NCBI RefSeq assembly: GCF_000025685.1
Contig: NC_013964.1
Location: forward strand, 270,001 to 302,000
DNA length: 32,000 bases
From: Haloferax volcanii DS2
Lineage (GTDB): Archaea > Halobacteriota > Halobacteria > Halobacteriales > Haloferacaceae
Direction of reading: 5' to 3'
The position numbers and the translations under genes were made by a program. The notes under the pieces are model-generated. The model ran no database searches. It was not told the origin of the DNA and was given only the letters and a program-made list of their open reading frames with translations. This document shows positions 9,378 to 17,603 of this stretch, piece by piece; position 1 is the stretch's first letter; the number at the start of each line of letters is the position of its first letter.

Positions 9378-9989
9378 ATCCGAACTCGTCGGTGGATCCC
9401 CAAATTCGCATCGGTTAGGACCTAGTTGCCAGAGAATAGACACGGGTAGTATGCACCCGACACTACTCAGCTAATGCACACCAGATAACGCTGCAAGTAA
9501 GCAACGCATCAAACCGATTCCCCTAATGAGAAGCAGGGGAAGAATCGCTCAGTTCAAACTAAATCCCGCTACAAACGGTTCGAGAGTCTGATATCCGCTC
9601 GATTTACTCGTGGACCCGCTGTGAAGCCAGTCGGTATCTTCCCTTGAGAGTGAGGAAGGGAGACCAGAGCAAGAACGAACACCAGAGCTCCCCTAATAGA
9701 GATACAAACGGATGGTCACCTACACGCCTCGGACCGATACGTCCGCTATCTCGCTTGTATATAGCAGCCTCGCCGTTCAGTTCTGACGTGAGACGCCGGT
9801 TCCAGAACTACCCTCCGAAACTGTGAGCGAAGCGGGGAATAAATATATCGATATGCGGTGTATAGACGTTGTCGACCCTCGCTCGCGGGCCGAAACGGAG
9901 TACAGACAGGAGTTCCGTCACAGACACGCTTGCAGGGGCAGTCAGTTCACTCCGGAGAGGAGTACAGCGAAACGTAGCGCCCCCGTGGG

Positions 9990-12900
9990 TCAGTCGTCGC
10001 CGCGTGCGGCGCTCCCAGCGCCGGCGTCCGGGGTCCGCAGCACGTCCGGGTCGGCGTCCGGGCCGAGCGGTTCCACGCGCACGCTCGACACTTTGAACTC
10101 CGGAATGCCGGCCTGCGGGTCGAAGACTTCCTGCGTGAGTTTGTTGACCGCACCGGCCGCGAAGTGCATCGGGATGAACAGCGTCCCGTCGCCGACGCGG
10201 TCGGTCACGGTCGCCTTGACGACGATGTCGCCACGCCGGGACTCGACCCTGACGTACTCGCCGTCCGAAACGTCGAGTTCCGCGGCGGTCGTCGGGTTGA
10301 TTTCGATGAAGCTCTCGCCGACGTGGCTCATGAGGCCCTCGACGCGTCGGGTAATCTGTCCGGTGTGCCAGTGGTAGAGGACCCGCCCGGACGTGAGCGT
10401 GAGGGGGAACTCCTCGTCGGGGAGTTCGCCGGGGTGGCCGCCGTCCGCCGGCACGAAGCGGGCCAGCCCGTCGTCGAAGTTGAAGTTCCCCCCCTCGTAG
10501 TCGTAGAGATACGGCGTACCGGGGTGGTCGTCGTCCCAGCACGGCCACTGGAGTCCGTGCTCGTCGCCCGAATCGAGTCGCTCGTAGCTGACGCCGCCGT
10601 AGATGGGCGTCAACTCGCTAATCTCGTCCATGACTTCCCGCGGGTGGTCGTAGCCCCAGTCGTAGCCCAGTCTGGCCGCCAGCTCCTGCGTGATTTCCCA
10701 GTCCTGACGCGCCTTTCCCGGCGGCTCCGCGGACGCTCGAACCCGCTGGACCCGACGCTCGGTGTTGGTGAACGTGCCGTGTTTCTCCGGCGAGGTCGCC
10801 GCCGGCAGAATCACGTCCGCGTGTTCTGCGGTCTCCGTCATGAAGATGTCCTGAACGACGAGGAAGTCTAAGCTTTCGAGCGCCTCGCCGGCGTGCTGGA
10901 TGTCTGGCTCAGAGAGCGCGGGGTTCTCCCCGACGATGTACATCCCGCGGAGATTGCCCTCGTGGGCCTCCGAAAGCATCTCCGGCACTTTGAGGCCGGG
11001 TTCAGCCGGTGGACGCTCGCCCCACACCTCGGCGAATTTCTCGCCGACCTCGTCGTCGGCCGGGTCCTGGTAGCCGGGGAGGCTCCCGGGCAGGGTCCCC
11101 ATGTCGCCGCCGCCGCCCTGCACGTTGTTCTGGCCGCGGAAGGGCGACAGTCCGGCGCCCGGTTTCCCGACCTGCCCGAGGGTGAGCGCGAGGTCGGCCA
11201 TCGCGAGGAGATTCTCCGTCCCGTGGCTGGATTGGGTCATCCCCATCGCCCAGCCGAAGACGACGTTCTCGGCGTCGGCGAGCGTCTCGGCGGCCGACTT
11301 CAGTTCGTCGGGCGAGACGCCGGCCAGCCTCTCGACTTTCTCGGGGGTGAACGCCTGAACTTTCCGTTTGACCTCCGCGAACCCTTTCGTATTCCGTTCG
11401 ATAAACTCCTCGTCGTGCAGGTCGTGCTCGATGAGATATCGGATGAGTCCGTTGAGCCACGCCACGTCGTAGCCGGGCGTCGTTCTCGTGTACTGGTCGG
11501 CGTGCTCGGCGATGCCGATTTTCCGGGGGTCGAACACCACGAGGTCGGCCCCGTCGCGGACGTTCTGCTTGATGCGAGTCGCCAACACCGGATGCGACTC
11601 GGTCGTGTTCGACCCGCTGATGAGGTAGGCGTCGGCCTCGCCGATGTCCTCGTTGATGCGGTTCGTCATCGCGCCGTAGCCGAGCGTCTGTTGGAGCGCC
11701 GCCACCGTCGACGAGTGGCAGAGCCGGGCGCAGTTGTCGATGTTCTTCGTGCCGAGTACCTGCCGCGCGAACTTCTGGACGAGATACGCCTCCTCGTTGC
11801 TCCCCTTCGACGACGCGAGGCAACTGACCGCGTCGACGCCGTGTTCGTCCTGAATCTCGCGGAGTCGGCCGGCGACGTAGTCGAGCGCCTCGTCCCACGA
11901 GGCCGCCTCGAACTCGCCGTCTTCGTTTCGAATCAGGGGCTTCGTGAGCCGGTTTTCGCTGTTGGCAAAGTCGTGGCCGAACTTTCCTTTCACGCACGTC
12001 GAGAAGTTGTTCGCCGGGGCGTTGTCCGGGTCGTCGACGGGTTGGACGCCGATGGCGTTGCCGTCTTTGCCCCACATCTCGAACCGACAGCCGACCGCGC
12101 AGAACCCGCAGGTCGTCTCCGCTTTGTCGAGGTTGCCCAGCCGGTAGTCGCTGACGAGCGACGCGACATCGAACAGTCGGCCCTCCGGCAGCGTCCGCGC
12201 CGCGAGGTTCTCGGCGGTGTGTTCGCCCGCGAGCATGGCCTTCCGGCCGTATGTTTCGAGGAAGTCGGACGCTCGGCGCTTGCTCTGGGCCATGTATCGG
12301 GCGACGCCGCTCCGTTTCTCCCGTCCCGCCCGTCCCGACTCGGCTTCGCCCCCAGCGGTCCCAGAACTGCCGGGGTCCGGCGAGCGGTTCGGTGCCGTCG
12401 TGTCGTCGAGGGTCTCGACATCCTCGTGTTCGATGACTCGCCCGACGGAGTTCCGCTGCGTGAACCCCGGAAGCGGGAGCGTCCCCGCGCCACCGATGTC
12501 TTTCTCGGTCAGGGCACCGGTCGGACAGACCGTGGCACAGTGTCCGCAGGAGACGCAGTCGGAATCCGCCATCGTCTCGGCGTCGGACTGGAAGCCGATG
12601 CGGGTGTCCTCCCCGGAGCCCTCGATACGGAGGACGCCTTCGACCTGCACGTCGTTACAGCCCTCGACGCACCGGTTACAGAGGATACACTTGTTGCGGT
12701 CGATTTGGATGAACGAGGAGCTGTCGTCGAGCGGTTCGTACTCGCTTCGGTCGTCGAAGACGCCGTAGCGCGGGTGGTCGACCCCCTCGCTGACGGCCGT
12801 CTCCTGGAGTTCACACCGACCGTTCCCGTTACAGGTCGTACAGCGTAGATTGTGGTTGGAGAGGACGAGGTCGAGGTTGACGCTCCGGGATTCCTCGGCG

Positions 12901-13325
12901 GCGGACGTGTCGGTCTCGACCCTCAGCCCGTCGGTGGCCGGGAACGAACAGGAGGGGACGACCCCGTGTTCGTCGGTCTCGACCATGCAGGTTCGACACT
13001 CGCTCCGAGGGCCGATTTCGTCGCTCGCGTCGCCCCCGCGGTCGTAGTAGCAGAGCGCCGGCACGTCGGCGTCCTCGTCGAGGCTGTCGGCGCCGGGGTC
13101 CACGCTCACGACCTCGTCGTCGACGGCTTGCATGGCGTCGATGACGGTCGACCCCGGCGGGACGGTGACCTGTGTGCCGTCGACGCTGAGTGTCGTCGGG
13201 TCCTCGCCGTCGGTTCCGACGGGCGGGTCGTTCGCGGTCCCGGTCTCGAACTCCGCCGTGACCGGCGTCTCGTGCTGCGGGTCGTCTATCTCCGGAACGC
13301 CCGGGAGTGGGTCGTCAGTGCTCAT
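9990..13325 (-). CDS. fdhA: formate dehydrogenase alpha subunit (FdsA/FdhF-type molybdopterin oxidoreductase fused to 2Fe-2S and 4Fe-4S ferredoxin domains), Cys-type
   Basis: 1111-aa ORF. N-terminal plant-type 2Fe-2S Cys pattern (ALCYY…CRTC…SC). HNLRCTTCNGNGRC. Two 4Fe-4S motifs, CILCNRCVEGC and CVSCGHCATVCP. MopB cluster motif TCGFCAVGC. Active-site segment NCARLCHSS has Cys where E. coli FdhF has Sec. C-terminal molybdopterin dinucleotide-binding domain. The start overlaps the upstream gene's stop by 4 nt. Confidence 0.9.
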   Translation of the reverse strand: MSTDDPLPGVPEIDDPQHETPVTAEFETGTANDPPVGTDGEDPTTLSVDGTQVTVPPGSTVIDAMQAVDDEVVSVDPGADSLDEDADVPALCYYDRGGDASDEIGPRSECRTCMVETDEHGVVPSCSFPATDGLRVETDTSAAEESRSVNLDLVLSNHNLRCTTCNGNGRCELQETAVSEGVDHPRYGVFDDRSEYEPLDDSSSFIQIDRNKCILCNRCVEGCNDVQVEGVLRIEGSGEDTRIGFQSDAETMADSDCVSCGHCATVCPTGALTEKDIGGAGTLPLPGFTQRNSVGRVIEHEDVETLDDTTAPNRSPDPGSSGTAGGEAESGRAGREKRSGVARYMAQSKRRASDFLETYGRKAMLAGEHTAENLAARTLPEGRLFDVASLVSDYRLGNLDKAETTCGFCAVGCRFEMWGKDGNAIGVQPVDDPDNAPANNFSTCVKGKFGHDFANSENRLTKPLIRNEDGEFEAASWDEALDYVAGRLREIQDEHGVDAVSCLASSKGSNEEAYLVQKFARQVLGTKNIDNCARLCHSSTVAALQQTLGYGAMTNRINEDIGEADAYLISGSNTTESHPVLATRIKQNVRDGADLVVFDPRKIGIAEHADQYTRTTPGYDVAWLNGLIRYLIEHDLHDEEFIERNTKGFAEVKRKVQAFTPEKVERLAGVSPDELKSAAETLADAENVVFGWAMGMTQSSHGTENLLAMADLALTLGQVGKPGAGLSPFRGQNNVQGGGGDMGTLPGSLPGYQDPADDEVGEKFAEVWGERPPAEPGLKVPEMLSEAHEGNLRGMYIVGENPALSEPDIQHAGEALESLDFLVVQDIFMTETAEHADVILPAATSPEKHGTFTNTERRVQRVRASAEPPGKARQDWEITQELAARLGYDWGYDHPREVMDEISELTPIYGGVSYERLDSGDEHGLQWPCWDDDHPGTPYLYDYEGGNFNFDDGLARFVPADGGHPGELPDEEFPLTLTSGRVLYHWHTGQITRRVEGLMSHVGESFIEINPTTAAELDVSDGEYVRVESRRGDIVVKATVTDRVGDGTLFIPMHFAAGAVNKLTQEVFDPQAGIPEFKVSSVRVEPLGPDADPDVLRTPDAGAGSAARGDD

Positions 13326-14839
13326 AGTTTGTCAGAACAGGTGCCGCTCGGACAGCGGCCGTCGGCGTGTGCTTCGAAACTCGATTCGAACTCGTCCATC
13401 GCGGTCAGCACCGGACGCGGTGCATGAGCGCCAAGCAGGCAGTTGCTCGACCGGGACATGACCCGACCGAGTTCGCGTATCTTCGCTCGGTCGAACGAGC
13501 CTCGGTAGACCGCTCGCAGCAGTTCGGTGAGTTGGACGGTTCCCTCCCGTCCCGGTACGCACCGCCCGCTGTTGGCTTCCGAGGCAAAGCGCGCCCGCTC
13601 TCCGGCAGTCGCGACCGCACACCGCTCGTCGTTCAACAGTTCGACGACGCCTTCCGTTCCGAGGCCGGCCGCGGTCAGTTCGGCCGCGGTCGATTCGACG
13701 TCCAACGTCCGGGTGAGACCGCCGAACACCCCGCCGACGCAGGCCATCTTGAACGACCCCTCCAGTTCGACGGCGTTCCGAGCCGTCGAGAGGCGGGCGT
13801 CCGAGCCGACCTCTATCGTCGCGGGCGCGGCTACGTCGCCGGTGACGGTCAGGAGTCGCGTCGTCGATGCGGCGTCTCTATCGGTGCCCTCTGGGTCCGC
13901 GAGCGCGAGCCGTACCCGGGCGAAGGTCCGCGGCGTGTGGATGACCGTCGGGCGACCGTAGAGCCCGTACTCGGCCGGCGTCGGCGGCTGGAGACGGGGC
14001 TCGGTTCTGTCCACCCCCTCTATCGCTTCCAGCGCCGCCGTCGGTTCGCCGGCGCGGTACTCGTCGGGACCGGTGACGACGACCGGCACGACCGGGAGTT
14101 CGTCCGCGGCGGCGTCGATAGCCTCCCGAAGATGTGCTTGCAGTTCGGTGTCGGTCTCGGCGACGTGGATGACCGCCTCGGTCGTGCCGAGGTACTCGGC
14201 GACGGCCGCCACGCCGTCGAGCACCGACATCGGCGACCCGGCGAGGAGCGTTCGGTCCGCGCGCTGGCGGTCGTCCGCGTCGTTCGCGTTCACGACGACG
14301 ACCGGGTCGCCGTCGGTTTCTCGCGCGCGTCGCCAAGCGTCTGCGACCGGGTCGTCGGCGGCGGCGTCGCATCTACCTCGACCGACGAGCCCGGCGTCCG
14401 CGACGGCGCTCGCGTCCCTATCGAGCGAGTGAAACTGATACGCTGTCGGGTCCAGCGGGTCGAGCCACCCACAGGGGCCGAGGACGCGCCGCGTTCCCAC
14501 CGCGAGCGGCCCGTCCGTCGGAACTGGCAGCGTCGTCCGCTCGGCGTCGTGGTCGACGACTGCCGCAGCACCGTCCGTCGGTAGCTCCCCGTCTTCCATG
14601 GCGGTGACGAGGTCTCGGACTCTCGATGTCTCCGCGGTCGGGAAGAACGCGGTCCGCCCCGCGTCGGTCGCGAGAACCAACGGGTCGTACTCGCTGATTC
14701 CGGTGGGTCCCGTTCGGAGGACCGTGACGGAGTCGGCGGTGCGACGTGCGGCGCTCAACACACGCGCTCCGCGCTCCGTCCGCCCGGCTCCCGAGACCCG
14801 AAGTACCGGCGACCGGACTGCGTTTCCTGTGCGACTCAT
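13322..14839 (-). CDS. NuoF-like (NADH dehydrogenase 51-kDa subunit family) protein with degenerate FMN and 4Fe-4S motifs, FdhA partner
   Basis: Track ORF 13322..14845 (GTG). ATG 14839 is preferred because a TTTTTTAA box sits about 27-34 nt upstream. NuoF-like blocks: VVVVNANDADDRQRADRTLL, YRAGEPTAALEAIEG, EANSGRCVPGREG, NCLLGAHAPRPVLTAMDEFESSFEA. Translationally coupled to fdhA (4-nt overlap at 13322-13325). Confidence 0.75.
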   Translation of the reverse strand: MSRTGNAVRSPVLRVSGAGRTERGARVLSAARRTADSVTVLRTGPTGISEYDPLVLATDAGRTAFFPTAETSRVRDLVTAMEDGELPTDGAAAVVDHDAERTTLPVPTDGPLAVGTRRVLGPCGWLDPLDPTAYQFHSLDRDASAVADAGLVGRGRCDAAADDPVADAWRRARETDGDPVVVVNANDADDRQRADRTLLAGSPMSVLDGVAAVAEYLGTTEAVIHVAETDTELQAHLREAIDAAADELPVVPVVVTGPDEYRAGEPTAALEAIEGVDRTEPRLQPPTPAEYGLYGRPTVIHTPRTFARVRLALADPEGTDRDAASTTRLLTVTGDVAAPATIEVGSDARLSTARNAVELEGSFKMACVGGVFGGLTRTLDVESTAAELTAAGLGTEGVVELLNDERCAVATAGERARFASEANSGRCVPGREGTVQLTELLRAVYRGSFDRAKIRELGRVMSRSSNCLLGAHAPRPVLTAMDEFESSFEAHADGRCPSGTCSDKL

Positions 14840-14866
14840 TCTCACAGATGAAGAGACACGGCGGGG

Positions 14867-14875
14867 TTAAAAAAT
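14867..14875 (-). promoter_or_regulatory. TATA-like box for the nuoF-like/fdhA operon
   Basis: Plus-strand TTAAAAAAT, which reads ATTTTTTAA on the minus strand. 27 nt separate the box from ATG 14839, the spacing expected for a leaderless haloarchaeal transcript. Confidence 0.4.
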
Positions 14876-15028
14876 CACCCCAACCCACTCGCGTCGGAGT
14901 GCGATTTCGAGGCGTTCGGGAAGCCGAACACGAAGTCGGTGCGAGCGCGAGTGGGCGGGAGACGGGTGACCGCTCCAGACGGGACAGCGAGCGGAGCAAA
15001 GAGCTAAGGCGGCGACGCGTCGTCTACC

Positions 15029-15307
15029 GTGATGATGACGAATCCACGGTTCGACGACGTGCGAGCGAAGGCGGCCGACGCGACTCGCGAAGACGACATC
15101 CAGTCCGTGTACACCGGACTCGTCCACGACGACGGTCGACAGGAGTACTACTTCGCCAACGACACCGAAGAGGCGTCGGAGTTACGCGAGACGGCGGCCG
15201 TCCAACTCGGAATGTTGGTTCGCGTCCTCGCGGACCGCTCCGAGAGCGACATCGAGGAGATTACCGACCTCGCGGCCGAGCGAGCCGAGAATATGCGATT
15301 GGAATAG
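15029..15307 (+). CDS. hypothetical acidic protein (92 aa)
   Basis: ORF MMMTNPRFDDVRAKAADATREDDIQSVYTGLVHDDGRQEYYFANDTEEASELRETAAVQLGMLVRVLADRSESDIEEITDLAAERAENMRLE. Haloarchaeal-style acidic composition. No family recognised. Confidence 0.45.
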   Translation: MMMTNPRFDDVRAKAADATREDDIQSVYTGLVHDDGRQEYYFANDTEEASELRETAAVQLGMLVRVLADRSESDIEEITDLAAERAENMRLE

Positions 15308-15424
15308 CCGACGATTATAGCACCGACTGCTCGGAAACGCATTCTCGTCGGGACGTGTCGGCTCGAAAAATACCGGGCGCGTCGAGGTCCGTCGAGCGCC
15401 CGTCAGAGGTCAGCGGCGTGTCGC

Positions 15425-15805
15425 CTACTCGGTCACCGCGACGGCTTCGATTTCTATCGCGGCTCCTTTCGGCACGTTGCCGACTTCGACCGCGCTCCGA
15501 GCCGGCGGGTCTTCGTCGAAGAACTCGCCGTACACCTCGTTGAACTCCTCGAAGTCGTCGATGTCGTCGAGGAAGACTGTCGTTTTGAGCACGTCGTCCA
15601 AGGACGCATCCTCGGCGGCGAGAATCGCCGCCACGTTTTCGAGACACTGCTCCGTCTGGTCACCGACCGAGGCGTCGTCGAGTAGCTCACCGTCGGGCGT
15701 CAGCGGGAGCTGTCCCGCGGTGAGAAGTAGTTCGCCGTTCGTCGTCGCTTGGCTGTACGCGCCAACAGCCGCCGGAGCGTCCGAAGTGCTAATCGTGCGC
15801 TTCAT
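15425..15805 (-). CDS. ridA: RidA/YjgF/TdcF family reactive-intermediate deaminase
   Basis: 126-aa ORF. APAAVGAYSQA…GQLPL…TEQCLENVAAIL…VLKTTVFL…F.EFNEVY..FF…PARSAVEV..LPKGA.IEIEAVA is the canonical RidA pattern. Confidence 0.9.
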   Translation of the reverse strand: MKRTISTSDAPAAVGAYSQATTNGELLLTAGQLPLTPDGELLDDASVGDQTEQCLENVAAILAAEDASLDDVLKTTVFLDDIDDFEEFNEVYGEFFDEDPPARSAVEVGNVPKGAAIEIEAVAVTE

Positions 15806-15827
15806 AGCCGGACCTTCCGGGCGGTTC

Positions 15828-15836
15828 CTATTAAAT
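15828..15836 (-). promoter_or_regulatory. TATA-like box for ridA
   Basis: Plus-strand CTATTAAAT (minus ATTTAATAG), centred about 27 nt upstream of the ridA ATG at 15805. Confidence 0.4.
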
Positions 15837-16151
15837 CCAGTTCGGGGACGGAAGCCGCCACACGTCGTGTAAGAAACCGGAGCGTTTGTGGAATGTCTCG
15901 GCGCACGCGCGAGTTGACGACGACCGTTCGGCGGCCGGGGAGTGGTGCGTCACCGGACGGTCCGGCAGGGAGCGCCGAGCGTGGCCGGGACCGGCGACTG
16001 CGATGTGGAACCGGGTCGTTCGGGTGTGTCCTCCAGAGAGTACGACGTGAGAGAACACAGCTAGTAACCTATCTGGTAGTTTGAGAATGCGCTACGCCAC
16101 TCTACCCAACCGTAACGTGTCAGATTATGTCAAAATAGAGCCCACCCGAGC

Positions 16152-16159
16152 TATAAATA
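16152..16159 (+). promoter_or_regulatory. TATA box for the formaldehyde dehydrogenase gene
   Basis: TATAAATA. A transcription start about 26-28 nt downstream would fall near 16182-16184. This excludes the track start 16081 and ATG 16174 and favours ATG 16195. Confidence 0.45.
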
Positions 16160-16194
16160 GTGACTGTTCGCAGATGTCGAGTGGAGTCCACACA

Positions 16195-17358
16195 ATGTCT
16201 ATGGACGCAGTCGTCTACAAAGGCGAACGAGAGGTCGCAGTCGAAGCGGTCGAAGAGCCCCAGATTCAACACCCGAACGACGTCGTCATCGACATCACGA
16301 CGACCTGTATCTGCGGGTCCGACCTGCACATGTACGAGGGGCGGACGGCCGCGGAGCCGGGAATCGTGTTCGGCCACGAGAATATGGGTATCGTCGAAGA
16401 GGTCGGCGATGCCGTCAGCAGTCTCGAAGTGGGCGACCGCGTCGTCGCGCCGTTCAACGTCGCCTGTGGCTTCTGTGAGAACTGTGAGAACGGCTACACC
16501 GGCTTCTGTACGAACGTGAATCCGGGCTTCGCCGGGGGAGCGTACGGCTACGTCGCCATGGGCCCCTATCAGGGAGGACAGGCCGAGAAGCTCCGCATCC
16601 CGTACGCCGACTTCAACGCGCTCAAACTGCCGGACGGACGGGAACACGAGGACTCGTTCGCGCTGCTCGCGGACATCTTCCCGACGGGCTGGCACGGCAC
16701 GGAACTCGCCAACCTCGAATCCGGTGACTCCGTCGCCATCTACGGGGCGGGTCCGGTCGGCCTGATGACCGCTTACAGCGCCAAACTCAAGGGCGCGGCC
16801 GAGATTTACGTCGTCGACCGCGTTCCCAGTCGCCTCGCGCTCGCCGAGGAACACTGTGACGCCACGCCCATCAACTTCGAGGAGGGCGACCCCGTCGAAC
16901 AGATCAAAGAGATTCACGGCGGCGGCGTCGACAAAGGCGTCGACGCGGTCGGCTACCAGGCCATCGACCCGGAGAAGGAAGCCGACTCCGCGTACGACCC
17001 CGCCCGGGAGAACCCGGCCGTCGTCATCAACAACCTCATTCGGACGGTCCGACCGACCGGCGAACTCGGTATCCCCGGTCTCTACGTCCCCGACGACCCC
17101 GGCGCGCCCGACGAGATGGCCGCGCAGGGTCGCCTCGGCATCGACTTCGGCCTCCTCTTCGAGAAGGGGCAAGCCCTCGGCACCGGCCAGTGTAACGTCA
17201 AGGAGTACAACCGACAGCTCCGCGACATGATAATCGAGGGTCGCGCCGACCCGAGTTGGGTCGTCTCCCACCGCGTCGGCCTCGAAGACGCGCCCGAGAT
17301 GTACGAGAAGTTCGACAACCGCGAAGAGGGCGTCACGAAGGTCCTGCTGGAACCCTAG
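16195..17358 (+). CDS. Zn-dependent, glutathione-independent-type formaldehyde dehydrogenase (MDR/ADH superfamily)
   Basis: Track ORF 16081..17358, trimmed to ATG 16195 (MSMDAVVYKGEREV…). Matches Pseudomonas putida FdhA-type blocks as I recall them: CICGSDLHMYEGR, GHENMGIVEEVG, FNVACGFCENCENGYTGFC, NPGFAGGAYGYVAMGPYQGGQAEKLRIPYADFNALKLPD, GAGPVGL, LGIPGLYVPDDPGAPD. Confidence 0.85.
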   Translation: MSMDAVVYKGEREVAVEAVEEPQIQHPNDVVIDITTTCICGSDLHMYEGRTAAEPGIVFGHENMGIVEEVGDAVSSLEVGDRVVAPFNVACGFCENCENGYTGFCTNVNPGFAGGAYGYVAMGPYQGGQAEKLRIPYADFNALKLPDGREHEDSFALLADIFPTGWHGTELANLESGDSVAIYGAGPVGLMTAYSAKLKGAAEIYVVDRVPSRLALAEEHCDATPINFEEGDPVEQIKEIHGGGVDKGVDAVGYQAIDPEKEADSAYDPARENPAVVINNLIRTVRPTGELGIPGLYVPDDPGAPDEMAAQGRLGIDFGLLFEKGQALGTGQCNVKEYNRQLRDMIIEGRADPSWVVSHRVGLEDAPEMYEKFDNREEGVTKVLLEP

Positions 17359-17438
17359 GACTAGGGGCAGCGGAGTCTCCCGCTCCCAACTCGGTTCCCA
17401 CCGATACTCCTTTGCCGGTTTGCCCGGTATCCCGTTCT

Positions 17439-17603
17439 ATGTGTCAGTACTGCAGTTACCGGTACCACGACGGCTGGACGCAGTTGTTGGAGTACGACGA
17501 GGTGTACCAGACGGTCATCGGCGGTGAGTCGGAGTCGACCTACGGCTTCCACGAATCGTGGGACGAACTCCGAGACGAGGTCGACCTCGGCGCGGCCTAT
17601 TGA
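17439..17603 (+). CDS. candidate small protein (54 aa)
   Basis: ATG 17439 lies within track ORF 17256..17603: MCQYCSYRYHDGWTQLLEYDEVYQTVIGGESESTYGFHESWDELRDEVDLGAAY. Acidic. Its stop TGA (17601-17603) sits exactly at the proposed IS200/IS605 junction. In the reconstructed empty site it is followed directly by a hairpin. No family recognised. Confidence 0.3.
   Translation: MCQYCSYRYHDGWTQLLEYDEVYQTVIGGESESTYGFHESWDELRDEVDLGAAY

Noticed and set aside
11700-11760. Possible selenocysteine (in-frame TGA) in FdhA
   Set aside because: The ORF is uninterrupted. The position aligned with Sec of E. coli FdhF is a Cys codon (…ARLCHSS…). No SECIS-type consideration is needed.
10893-12848. 651-aa plus-strand ORF, plus 10164..10871 and 12852..13427
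   Set aside because: Antisense shadows of fdhA. They are Arg/Gly/Val-rich nonsense, whereas the minus frame has unambiguous Fe-S and molybdopterin motifs.
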